A stretch of DNA of 63,291 nucleotides, counting the filler, from Sphacelaria rigidula (taxonomy: Eukaryota), in NCBI GenBank assembly GCA_964200075.2. It is 9 parts of 9 records of this genome, joined end to end, with 100 filler letters (N's around TTAATTAATTAA, not from the genome) between each part and the next. Parts side by side here need not be neighbours in the genome. Positions count along the whole stretch, not along the records: positions 1 to 6,944 come from CAXNAA020017283.1; positions 7,045 to 13,988 come from CAXNAA020017284.1; 7 more parts are not named here. One strand, given 5' to 3'. The notes under the pieces were generated by a model. It was not told where the DNA came from and searched no databases. It worked only from the letters and a program-made list of their open reading frames with translations. This document shows, piece after piece, positions 1-11,701 of the stretch; position 1 is the stretch's first letter; each line of letters starts with the position of its first letter. The position numbers and the translations under genes are program-made.

Positions 1-18
1 CTTAGGAGTAGGAACGGT

Positions 19-100
19 GCTCCGTGTCGAAAGGGATGCGCGGTCAATGGTCACACGACTAAGGCAAGCAAAAAATGAGAACGCCCCCCCCCCCCTCACC
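19..100 (+). mobile_element. LINE 3' tail, subfamily A, ending in poly(C)
   Basis: GCTCCGTGTCGAAAGGGATGCGCGGTCAATGGTCACACGACTAAGGCAAGCAAAAAATGAGAACG followed by C12. Matches the 3' end of the LINE ORF at 42344-42410. Confidence 0.8.
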
Positions 101-339
101 TCCTACGGCCTCAGAATGAGGCGTGGGCGACCTGGGGCATGGTGGTGCCATCACTTCCCGATCTGGGCCCCCCCGGCCCACCGTGCAGCTGCTGGACGCT
201 TGACGCTGTCTCCTGTCTGCCCAAGATAGAACAGTTTACGCAACTTTTATTCTATCGCATACCGGGAAGCAAGTCGTGTACATGTACTCGAAAACACCGA
301 AATAAATTGAAATTGGATGCGCCCTGGGCACAGGGCAAT

Positions 340-2726
340 CTATAAAAATGACACTTGCCTTCTACGCAAACAGTAAAGGGAATTATAAGAAATAACGGAA
401 TCCGCAAATATCTCGGAAGACCTCGTCAAAATAAAAAAGGAGGCACCCAAGCCCAGCCACAGCATGCGGCGACCTGGACCCCATCCAAGCGACAGACGTT
501 CCCCATCCATGAGCACTGACAACACCACCGAACGTCTAACTCGCTGCTGTGATCCCATCACAGCGTGAGTACGCTTCAATTCCATCATTGTATTTTTTAA
601 GTAACGAGAGCTGAATGCCCAAGTCGACAGCCCTCTCCGTTCGATGGAAATATGCCACTGCAGCTAAATGACTTGCCACGGTGCTCGACGGCAACCCTTT
701 CTTTGCACACGCATAACCTATGTACTCAATCGATGACCAAACGTTGTGTATCACATCATCACTGCTACTCGAAAACACGACTCGGTTCATCTCCCACCGG
801 AACTTGACCCAGGAACCGAAATATCCCTCGTAAGTTCTCGCAGACGGCGGCGCAACGACATTTCGGACGAGCCCGTGGCCAAAATTCAGGAACACGGATG
901 CCTCCCCTCTATCCCGATGTCCTGCATATGTCATTGAACACCAGGACGGCGGAACGAGAGGTTGGCGGAGATACATTCGATTGGGCATCGCGAAATACCC
1001 TCAGCAACATCATTCAGAATCCCCGGCAGGTGCTTCGCCTCGAACATCAATCCCGAAGCTATTTCTAGCACGCCAAGCACGCGCATCAGAGGACCCCATC
1101 GCGGCTCCTTACCCCCTCTGCACTTATTTACCCAAGTCACGGTGGCTGAATTGTTTCCACGCAACGACACGCAATCAGCTCGATGTCGCGGTCGCCTCCC
1201 ACCGAGAGCAATATCACCCACGCTGACATGAACATACCCGACAGTTCTAGAACATTGATTGAGATAGTCTATTCCGAGTGCACCGTAGCACCTTTAAACT
1301 GAGAATGTTCCTCATCGAGCAAATCATACCGCCACCACAGACCCGATTGCAGACAATATCCGCCAACTGTAGCACCTGATGCGTCCGGAAACAAGGATAG
1401 TGTGGGTGGGCACAACACCAATCGGTACACCAGGAACGATACTACTGCTCCACCCCGCGACAAACCGTCGCTGACCAGCCAACGCCACGCGTCTAAATCA
1501 TTGTGAAACTCCGGGCTCAATACCACCGTTCGCGACTTCGTCGCCGCACTCTTCTGAAATCATCCCCCGTCACAACACGGGACGAGGAGGGGCGGCGCAC
1601 CCCCGCCGATGCGAGCAAGCGGTGTACAAAACACTTTCCCGGACGCAAAACGTAGGAGACGTGTAGCAGGAAATCAGTCAACGATGAAATGTCTCTCACT
1701 GTTGCACATTTGCGATCCCGAGGCCATTGGAACACCAGCTTTTGCAATTTTGTGATTTTTGCCTCTGAAAGCGAGATCGACAGGGAGTCAGTATCAATCA
1801 CCCATCCAGCACCTCCAACCGGGGGTCCCACGCCGACATTTTGTTGGCCTCTGATAACGGTGGGTCATCCAGCCCCCTTTCACCCAGTAAACGATAATGA
1901 TATGATATTAAGGACCTCGACGCGCACAAAGATGACCTGCCGTCAGGAGAATATTGTACTTCCACCAATATGCTGTCGTCAACGTAAATGGACATAAAAA
2001 GGGGTCGCCCACCCCGCCACCAACTCCCGGAACGGTCTTACAGTCCGGGGGCAGAGTTGCAGCGCGTTCCTGCCGGCATGGTGCCATCTTGATAGACTGA
2101 GCATCACAACGGCCGACATCCGTCACCACATATGTGAAAAAGGATGAGTTGTCGTGCGAGTGTTCCATGGCCGCCGCTAGCAAGCCCCAAAAGCCGGGAC
2201 TGCTGCACCGGCCGAATTTTAGACACACATCAACTACCGCCATATCACCAAGCACGTATCCAAAATAAGCGGCACGTGCTGGGTCCACCAACACTTCGCG
2301 AAATGCCTCTTTGAAATCAAGTTTACTCAGCATAATGCGGGATAAGGAGCAAATTTTCTGTCGCAAGAACAAACTCCGCATCAGAACTTTACGCAGCACC
2401 CAACCAGTGTCACACGGCGGTGCCTGCAAAAAAGCGGTGTCCGCATCAACACTGGTGGGCGGCGTTGGACGGGGGTGAATAGTGAGATAATGTATGATGG
2501 GAAATTTAGGGTTCACCACTACCCCAGATGGAGAAACACGAAAGAAATGAATTTCGAAGATCCGTCTCACGTCGAATACCAATGCGCGACCGCTCTTGAC
2601 ATCCAGGCGCAGTTGTTCATATGCACAGTCCTGGTGCTCATCCACCCCACTATGATTACCGTAGGTAATCGCATTAGCTAAATCACCCCCGGGTTGGACA
2701 TCAACGGGTACTCCCCGTGCTAGCAC
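340..2726 (-). mobile_element. Degenerate tyrosine-recombinase retrotransposon (DIRS/Ngaro-like), RT-RNaseH-YR region
   Basis: Minus-strand ORF fragments occur in the expected order. RT: 1908-2726 (KLDFKEAFREV, LKFGRCSSPGFW) and 1798-1995 (IYVDD, LEVL-G). Post-RT and RNase H: 1517-1831, 1269-1526 (LFPDASGATVGG) and 931-1221 (GNNSATVTWVNK...AKHLPGILNDVAEGISR). YR N-terminal SAM-like part: 536-988 (SARTYEGYFGSW). YR box with catalytic Arg: 340-588 (SFFILTRSSEIF). Multiple frameshifts. Confidence 0.88.
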
Positions 2727-3419
2727 ATCAACAGGCTGGGCCGCCTAAGAAGCGGGCTTTCCTTCAGCCGGTTCTAACGGACGATCCATCACGAGTTGTG
2801 TCCACTGTAACACATCGTGGTAATCTGCTAATTAACACGCGTCTTTCACTTCACGTAGCACTGCGATCTGTCAAGTTCCCATCAAACGAAATACCAAACT
2901 GTGGTCAGCTGCGAAGTGTAGAGAGTTGAGGGTGGCATGTGTGGCGGAATCGGGGGAAACAAACGGCTGTAATAGCATTTACGGTTACAGTCGGTTGTGC
3001 CGCGGCCGCGAAGTGATGGTGCTGCACTAGTTGTGGTTGTACAACAATGCATGTCGTACTGTGGGCGCGCAGTGTCTGAGATGACACGCAGACGAGATTT
3101 CCAGCGTGCCAAGGCGTCTGGTAGTACTGTGCGAACCGATGAGCAGTGTGTGAACAAAGCTTGTAAAAAACGTCAAAGTTCCGGCTGAAGTTGTTGTACT
3201 CTGAAAGCAAGTGGTCCGATTCTCGACAGAAAAACGCGATTTTACTGCTCAACATCAAGTCATTTTCTATGAAATTTGACACAATGTACATGAGATATGT
3301 GCGAAGCCCCTACCGTTCCCCCCCCGATTCATTTATTCTTTCCTCATGAATTATTGTTGATCTAAATTTCGGAACATTTTTCTTGGTACAAAAGTGTCGA
3401 CAACTCAATGAAAAAACTA

Positions 3420-3872
3420 ATCAAGGGGGGGAAAATAGAGACTTGACAACATATCTCGTGCACATTGTATAAAAAATTCGTGGACATATACTCGAAATTG
3501 AACAGCATAATCGCGTTTTAGTTTTTCGTGGCTGGTCCATCTTCACATGAGAACCGATCTTCGACACGAACACGCGATTATGCAGCTCAATTCTGGGTCG
3601 TTTTTATTTAATCATATTTTGATACAATGCACAGGAGGTATATTCGAAGACTCCATCTTTTTGCCCCCTACATTTCTGCTTTTTTCTCCGTGAGTTATCG
3701 GCGACCAAACAATTCAGAACAGGTGTTTCGGAACAAAATCGTGAATGACTTACAAAAACAAGAACAAAAATGTAGAGGGGAGACGATGCAGTCTTTGTAC
3801 ATACGTCTTATAAATCGTGTCAAAATTTCATAAAACAACGACCCAAAATTGAGCTGCATAATCGCGTGTTCA
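3420..3872. repeat. AT-rich element with three alternating inverted copies of one unit, inserted in the YR retroelement
   Basis: AAATTGAACAGCATAATCGCG (~3495), its reverse complement CGCGATTATGCAGCTCAATT (~3573), and AAATTGAGCTGCATAATCGCGTG again (~3846). Confidence 0.6.
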
Positions 3873-3902
3873 AATCCCTGTCCGCGTCTTGGGCGACTCC
3901 GT

Positions 3903-6240
3903 CTATTCCAACGAAGCAATTTCTGGAGAACCCTTGAAATCACCAAACCATTGACGAACACTTTGAACGTCTGCTTGCGACCCGAAAGATTCTCGCCCTA
4001 CTCGTTTAACGAAAACTTCAACATCGCCGTCACACGCGTGCAGCATGGCCGAGCCTGAATCCACAATGCGGGTAAGGTGCGCGACCGTCTGCGTGCCAGT
4101 CAGGTTACGTGACTGCTTCACCGAATCTCTCCACCACTTACTGCAACATCGAAAATTAGCATCATCACATACATCCAACATATCAGAATCGTAGTGTGCC
4201 ATGGAACCTGGCCCCAGCACGTCACTATCGCATCCGCCTTGCTGCCGTCCCAAAGCGCAGCGTGCTAAATCCCGCAACTCCATCCTATTCTGGCACGTGC
4301 GCATTCCGACGCTCCTATCCTGGGTTGGCCCTGCCGTGAGGCGAAGCCCGTCCCCCCAGCCCGACCTTCCTGCACCCGCCACCGTACCATTGCCACTGCT
4401 TGAAACCTTCGTTTCCATCAGAACCTCCCCCGCCTGCGTGGTCTGGGACCGGCTACTGCCGCGGATACCGGGAGCAGGGACCCCGGTGTCGGGGGTACGG
4501 TTCCCACTCGATCGGCCGGCACCACTACCGCTATTACCGGTGGCGGCGCTCGAGTTGCCACCCCCTCCCGATTGTTGCATATCGTGGTTGAACCGGCATC
4601 AATCACCCCACCGACAGTGGCCGTAGTCGAGGAAAATGAAGCACGGCTGGCTTTGCCGCAGTCGCTTGGCCGCCGAGTGCCCGCCGTCTCCGGCTGCGGT
4701 GCCCCAATTCCCTGCATCCCGAATGCCGGAGCCCGAGGCACTCCCCACCCCACCCCCAGCCGTGGCGCTTCCCGTCCCCATCACTTCCGACGCGTCAACG
4801 TACCCCGCTCTCACCATTCGCACAGCGTCGCCCCCGGTCTCAATGAACGAGCGTAGCTTAGGAAAGGCGGGAACAGGCGGAGAAGGGAGAACGCCGGCCG
4901 ACGGTGGCGAAGAGAGATTGTTCGCGAACAATTGCTGCGACCATTGTGCCAGGACATTACACCACTTGCCAAGATCAGAATTGACATGGGTCGTCGTATT
5001 GGTACACGCGCGCTGTGTCGTTGGTGTACGACCGAAACCCGGAGGTCATCTTCGCAAAGGCCGCCGGAAGCGCCTTCGGCCGGCCGGCAGACATCGCATC
5101 CTCTACACCGGACGGCGCTCCCAGGCCGACACCCAGCAAGCACCCGAAGGCGTCACCCCTCAGATTCAAACGATCTGGCAGTGATATCTTGTTGCTCGGA
5201 CTGGAACCCGCAGCGCCACGCGGCATGATTGCTGTAACGTCGAGAAAGGAGAGCGCGCGGAACATGCTCGCCACTTTCGAAGAGACATATATCATGGCAC
5301 CAAGGACCCCTTGCAGCTCACCTGGACTAAATGATTGTGCTGGCGATTTGTCGATGAGGAGCCACCACTTGCGTGACGCTGCGTCCTGCCAAAGCTGCAC
5401 ACAACCCCGCACTTGGTACTTTCGTCGTTGCTCCACCTCAGCACAAGCTTCAGCGTGGTTTGCCGCTGGCTGCTCGGCATCCCACGGCTGCACGTTTGTC
5501 CACGCCCCGCCTCCACCCACGGATCCCGGATCGGCAGGGTTTGCGGTTTGCAGGTCGGTGTCGTCCCATCAAGCCGCGGGGGGCGCGGGTTGTGTTGCCG
5601 TTGCACCGAGGTGGAAGCTGCATGATCTCCAACCAGCCTCTGCCCATTCCCCGCCCGGCTCAGCGCGTACCCCTGGCGTACTTGGCCACACCACCGCTGG
5701 ACAGGTCGGTGACCGCAGAGAAACATCATCAGCGACGGTAGTGAGCGGCCTACCATCCTCTGTGACAGAACCCCTGACTGCCGCGTAGGAAAAGTTACCG
5801 GCATCGGGGCGGCTGACGGATGCTACAGGTCCCGCCCCTGATGCAACTAGCTGTTGTACCACCTCCCTCAACTGATGAACCTCATCTGTAATCGAGGTGA
5901 TATTGGACCCTCACCCTCCACGCTTGTCTTGGTGCCCTCCAAGTTGTTGGCGATGGTGTCTACGCGGTCGCTAACGCGGCCCATATTTTCGGTAGTGTCA
6001 CCCACCTGCTTGTCCAACGTATCAATCTCTTGGATAGTAGCACGCGGCAAGCCTACCGCCATCCCACCGTCGAGGGCGTGTAACCCCGACGAACGCAGGA
6101 TAGTCACTGTGTGCAGCCCCGCTGATGGCAGACCTGGTGGAGGACGACCTCGTCTGGGAAGCAGGCGCAGAAGCGGGCGCCGCGGCCCTTTGTTCACCAT
6201 TGCCGTCCGACCTCGCCGAAGCTCCTCCTGACGACGGCAT
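3903..6240 (-). pseudogene. Probable gag/ORF1-like 5' region of the YR retrotransposon, fragmented
   Basis: GC-rich chain of broken minus-strand ORFs (5868-6200 coiled-coil-like, 5569-5871, 4975-5520, 4599-4931, 3903-4580) upstream of and co-oriented with the RT, without clear splice structure. Assignment is by position only. Confidence 0.45.
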
Positions 6241-6531
6241 GTCGGTCAGAGCCGTGAAGTAGCTGCAAATGAAAACCTTTCACTATCGAAAATGGTGTCC
6301 CCCGCCGCAAGACGCTGCTGGCATGAAATAACGTTTTTACTGAGCCTTGCGGAGCATGTGTGGTGCTCAGGTGCCTGCGGTTTGGGTTCTGGGGGGTATA
6401 TTGATGCTAGAGTGGCACGTTCAAGGGCGAGTCACCCAATATGCTGCCCATATTCGTTTTCGCAATCTATAACCCCATGACAAAAATACAGTAACGACCA
6501 GATATGTTGAGGTATATTTTATTACTCGGTC

Positions 6532-6810
6532 GCCCCAGTGGCTCAGTTGGTATCCTCGAAACCTTCTGACGGTTGGAACGTGAATCCGAATCTCGGTGAA
6601 GTCACATCATGCCCAAAAGTTACGGTCGACGAGGGAAATGGACCGCTGAATTCTTCTCGCGTAAAAAAAAAGGCAAGTGCCGCAGATGGAAGGTGGAGTG
6701 CGAAACAATAACTCCTGTGTTGCCCTTCCTGCTGTGTGCCTCGGGCTGATACATCCACATAACCGAAAGGTGTAGACTGGCGTCCAGAGTAGATGGGATG
6801 GCAACACACA
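6532..6810 (+). mobile_element. tRNA-derived SINE, family 1
   Basis: Head CCCCAGTGGCTCAGTTGGT (Pol III A-box-like) with a degenerate B box. Homologous reverse copies at 48844-49205 and ~48415-48660. Confidence 0.65.
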
Positions 6811-6944
6811 TAGTGAAAAACCGCACTATACATATGCACTGACAGTACGCTGAAACAACGCGGAGTGCGTGGATTTTTCCACGGTTAGGACAAATAATGA
6901 TTCGTCAGGAAATTACTTGGTTCTAGTATAATAAGATGACTCGT

Positions 6945-7044
6945 NNNNNNNNNNNNNNNNNNNNNNNNNNNNNNNNNNNNNNNNNNNNTTAATTAATTAA
7001 NNNNNNNNNNNNNNNNNNNNNNNNNNNNNNNNNNNNNNNNNNNN
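6945..7044. other. Artificial contig spacer N44-TTAATTAATTAA-N44 (also 13989-14088, 21033-21132, 28077-28176, 35120-35219, 42163-42262, 49206-49305, 56249-56348)
   Basis: Identical 100-nt spacer with a six-frame stop linker, separating pieces of 6944 or 6943 bp. Confidence 0.98.
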
Positions 7045-7111
7045 GGCGTACTCATTTGTTGCTTGCCTTAGTCGTTTGACCATTGACCACGCATCCCTTT
7101 CGAGACGGAGC
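7045..7111 (-). mobile_element. LINE 3' tail, subfamily A
   Basis: Reverse complement of the ...GGTCAAACGACTAAGGCAAGCAACAAATGAGTACGCC tail, cut by the contig edge where the C tract would be. Confidence 0.8.
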
Positions 7112-7426
7112 AAAATCTACCTACGTGTCCGTATCTCGCCCCAAAAGAGGCCTATCCAACAAACTCATGAGCAAAATCGGCACTTGCTACGATACACCAC
7201 CCCAAGAAGTGCCTGGTTTGAGCAGGCAAAAATTTCATTAAAAGTGAAATGGAAAAGGCCACGCACAACGAGCAGCTGGAAATTCCCACGCTTGGGTTCG
7301 TTCTTGCCAATGTCGCCCATATGAGGCGCTTCATGCAGCCCGAGCCCAAACACCAGGCGCTGTATGGTCATTTTTTCGTGACACTATCTGGCCGGTTGGG
7401 GGCGGGGGGGGGGCTATCGTAGAACG

Positions 7427-7649
7427 TTGTAATGCGTGAGAAACCCGCGTGCTTAGAGGACCGCACCGGAATATAACCACTCCTATCGTTAGGGTTAGGG
7501 TTAGGGTTAGGGTTGGGGTTGGGGTTAGGGTTAGGGGCATGCATGGTCCCTTCAGGGACTGGCTCGATTGGTCTTGAAAAACGTCGATCCTGAGGTGTGT
7601 CGATCTACGGTGCGGTCCTCTAAGCACGCGTTCCTCTCACGCATTACAA
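7427..7649. mobile_element. MITE carrying internal telomeric (TTAGGG)n repeats
   Basis: TIRs TTGTAATGCGTGAGAAACCCGCGTGCTTAGAGGACCGCA / TGCGGTCCTCTAAGCACGCGTTCCTCTCACGCATTACAA. Eight TTAGGG/TTGGGG units at 7489-7536. Second, inverted copy at 47019-47534. Confidence 0.8.
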
Positions 7650-8218
7650 AGTGTCAATCACCAGGGGGAGTATAAATGGGATTGATCGGTGAATAGCAGA
7701 AAGAATTTGAAAACACACGAGGACTAAACGAAAGAGCTACTGTAGATGCTTTGTTGTGGCATAAGAGTGTGACTGGAAAAAAGGCTGGTACGAAATGCCC
7801 TTTTTTCTGGCAAAGTGTTGCGGATTTTTCGAAAACCTAAAGCGGAAAACGATCATATAGACAACTTGAATGAATAGAGAACAAACTTAATACAAGAAGC
7901 GATTTCTCAGCGTAGCCGAAGAAACGAGAAAGGGCACTAGAGTGATGCTACGGTAGGGGGTGCACTTTTTTAGCGCGAAAAGGTTTCTCGGAGATGCTCG
8001 GGGTGTTGGACGGGTCACTGTGTGAATCGGCATCATTTATACTTGAAAAAGACTGAAAGTGATGCCGATTCACGAAACGACCCCTGCGTGCAAACACTAT
8101 GTTTCTGGGAACCCGGTCCCCGAATATTTATTGGGTTGCATAGCAGTAACTCCCACATATGTTTGCTTCTACAAGAACGAGAGCCCTAGAAACAAAACGT
8201 GTAACCCCCACCAACTAC

Positions 8219-8508
8219 GTTTTCGTGAGCTTGAGAGTATAGCGCTGGTTGAGAGTGGCTTTGATCATTCGCTTTATCTTAGCCAATTTTTCCATTCCGT
8301 GTGCGCTCTTTTTTACCTCCATCACTGCCGTGTGTGTACAGCTACACGTCGATATCCTACTCAGGCGTATCAAGGGCCCCAGTGGCAAGCTGCTACAGAG
8401 AGCATATCGGGCTTTGTGGAGGGGCATTTCGGAGCTGAAACGATCCATTCACTAATTGATCTGTTTTCACTCTCAATCGTATCTTCTACTCTCAATCTCA
8501 CCAAAACA
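8219..8508. mobile_element. ~290-bp MITE family (copies also at ~18797-19085, ~19125-19381, ~39422-39713, ~41333-41626)
   Basis: Termini GTTTTCGTGAG(A/C)TTGAGAGT...ACTCTCAATCTCAC(G/C)AAAAC are inverted repeats. The conserved interior (CGATATCC...CAAGGGCCCCAGTGGC...GGGCATTTCGGAACTG) recurs on several unrelated contigs. Confidence 0.8.
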
Positions 8509-10218
8509 TTGTTTACCGTAGGATTTCTCAAGTAAGTGATGAAACAGGATCCTGGAGAAGAAAACGTAGAGAAGTGGAGGGTAAAATGATTTTTGCAATT
8601 TCACGGAAAACAGCAGCAGTTCCTGCCCCGCCGAAAATAGTGAGCTTGATTGAAGAAGTTCGGACTCAAATTATCGAAAGAGAAAATAAGATCAATCGAG
8701 TAAGAAAAACGTGTATCCTTACACTTGGAGGCATGCACTAGTGAGTAGCATATTGCTTTTCCCGGCTAATCAGCAGGGTTGAGAACCATGCGACAATCAT
8801 TGATACCGGAAAATGACCGCAGACCCGATTGAAATCAGAAGAGGGACGATTGGAAAGACATGCTCACGAAAAATAGGGGTTTCCTACTTAATGTGTACCA
8901 AAGCCGTTCACATTTCTTGCCTAAGGTTGAGACCCACGCGGGGAGTTATGGCCAAAATCTAGAGAGGGATAAGTATGTTCAGAAATCGAACAGTTTACCC
9001 ATTGAATCAATGAGTGAACAGTTTACCCACTGAACCGGTGAGCGGCTCACTGGTTTAATCGACAAACTGTTCGCTCCCTGAATAAAAGCTTTGCGGTACG
9101 AGTACCGGCATGATCCATTGTGGAAAGAATGAGGTCGGCATGTGAACAGTGGGCATGTGCAAGAACTTCGCGGTGAAACATTTCTCAGGCATACAGTTCT
9201 CCGTACCTACGTTCATTATTTTGTACGATCTGTACCATAGTTTCAGAAGAGGCTTCACAACATTCGGTAGGGGGCATATGCTGAGCTTGTATGGCTCTTC
9301 GAAATTCCTCGGAAGTTGGTGGCGCGTGTAAAACACACGAACGAGGGCGTCATATCGCCGTGTTTGTAATTGAATTGGAGGAAAACTTGTAGGTCTTGAG
9401 TTTTGCTCATGTTTGTGACAGTTCAGCATGCTCCTGTGCAGCATAATTCCACGATTTTATCTTCAGCCGTGTCCATCTTGAAAAAGCCATGGATCACACC
9501 GAAATGATTTTATTTCTCGTCTTTCCCCGGGGTCTTCTGCCGGACTGTTTCTGCGGGCTAGTTCCAAACCTTGGTTCGAAGAAAAAACGCAGTAATGGTT
9601 ATCCTGTTGTGAAGCTCTCGTTATTATTCATTCATTCATTATGAGCGTGACACTTGTTCGTGAATATCAAGAAAATTCGCTCCACTGTATCTCCAACTGC
9701 AGGATGGATGTCACCCTCGCACAAGAAACAAAGAATATTATCCGTACCCGTTTGCCATGATGATGCCCAGACCAGGCACTCTTCCTTTGTCGCTTTTCTC
9801 CGAAAGGGCAGTGACGCGATCCTTGACCTGCTGGCGGATGACCTTAGCGGCAAACTTTCCATTCAACGGAAGGGCTGGGACTCCCGCCTCCCGCACCATA
9901 TGGGTTGGCGTCGTGCCGAGGGAGGGGCTCTGCTCATATAGACGAAGTTCGCAAGAGGGAAAGACGACAGGGCGGGGGAGATGTGATTCGAAGGCTGGCT
10001 GTGTTACCTCATCCAGGGGTACCAAGAGGAATTATGATGTCGGAAGGCGCCGTGTAGATGTGCTTATGGCACGCAACGTGGGGGTGAAAACTAAGAGTTC
10101 GCCCTACCACGTGCCATTGGAAGAGGGTGCCATGTATGGTTGCTTGCACCCCCGGTGCACGCAATAATGACACCTGCATGCTAGTATTCAGCCCCCCCTC
10201 CTCCGTCGGTCGTATTTT

Positions 10219-11387
10219 CAGGGCTCTTTATGTTACACGTTACATGTTACGTCACTAATGTGACGTATGAAACGTTATACGTGACGTCACAAATTTTTGC
10301 ACAGGAAAACTTATACGTCATGTCATGTCACATTTTTTTACGGGAGCGTTACGTTACGTCACACTTGTGACGTATTCAAAAGTTATACGTCACTTTACGT
10401 CACAGTAACGTACTTTGAAACGTTTCCCGTACCGCGTAACGAATTTAATACGTCACACGTCAATTTAAACGTTACACGTAGCAATAAACGTTACACGTCA
10501 CATATTATACGTTTGTGACGTCTGCATGAACGTCACAACCGTCACACGCTCAACTTGTACCACTACTAGTGTGAGATTAGCTTATGTGATACTCGCATGA
10601 TATGATACATAGGCTCAAGAAGAGTGTGCATACGTCATCATAATACGCACGCGATGTAAGCGCAAGTTCAGCGCCATGGCAGCATGCACCGACACACCCG
10701 ACCATAGAACATAGAACAAGCGAATATCGGAATCCGAAAGCACGAGTTTCAAATTTCCGAATTTCGAATTTCCAACTTCGATAGCACAGACGGGCGGGAG
10801 CGACGTGTAAGGTAACAATGACCGCGGCCTAGGGTACCGAAACGACGAGCGAGCAAGAACGCATTCTTACATGTTAACATAGCGGGCAGAACGCGCCTCA
10901 TGCTCGAACAAGGCAGCCACCGTGAACCTCCCGTACCAAGTTGCGGTACATGAAACCTTACAACGTCGTACGTGGCGTTCATTTGCCCTCAACACGATTG
11001 ATGTGTAACTTTTCATTTTACGTCACATGTCACGAACGTAACGTATATTAGTCGTTACACGTCACACTGACGTTCCAAAATGCGTTGCACGTCACACACC
11101 TGACGTTTCAAAATACGTTACACGTCACCAACGTATAATAATGTGATGTGTAACGTTTCATGTAACGTGTAATGTATAAAATACGTTACACGTTACATGA
11201 AACGTTTCAAATTACGTCTATATGACATATAAAAAAACATCACGTCACGTCACACTTGTGACGTATTGAAAAATTGAACGTTACGTAACGTCACATTTTT
11301 TCACCGATACGTTACGTTACGTCACACCCTTGTGACGTACGTTTGTGATGTGTAACGTACGTGTAACGTGTAGCGTCAAGAGCCCTG
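10219..11387. mobile_element. Non-autonomous hAT-like DNA transposon with ACGT-rich subterminal repeats
   Basis: TIR CAGGGCTCTT...AAGAGCCCTG. Imperfect 8-bp flanks CGTATTTT (10211-10218) and GTTATTTT (11388-11395). Dense GTTACACGT/ACGTCAC motifs at both ends. Confidence 0.75.
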
Positions 11388-11701
11388 GTTATTTTGGTGA
11401 TACCATTGACGTGTTTCCAAACGGCTTGACTGCTTAGAACTCGTGATGCGTTGTATGCGGTTGCTTGTGTGCGTGCCGCTCAGATGGCCGCTGGCACACG
11501 TAACCTTACGACAGATTATGAGTGAATCGAGCGACGAACGTGCAGCGCGAATCGGACTCTGACCACACCCCGTTTTCGCGTCGTGTAACCATTTCAACCC
11601 GTCTTTACCCTGAGATATCTGTTTTGCAACACGGTTGACCCTCTACGCTTGCTGTTCAACTTGCCGATAACCTAGCGACGTTCCAAAATACGCATCGTAC
11701 T

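Noticed and set aside
6945-7044. TTAATTAATTAA recurring every ~7043 bp as a possible biological periodic motif
   Set aside because: It is always embedded in 44+44 Ns and is an assembly linker.
7489-7536. True telomere or chromosome-fusion scar
   Set aside because: Only eight units, internal, and enclosed by MITE TIRs.
8059-8535. 158-aa ORF with apparent paralogues at 18909, 19106 and 39367
   Set aside because: The similarity comes from the non-coding MITE family, and the frames are not conserved between copies.
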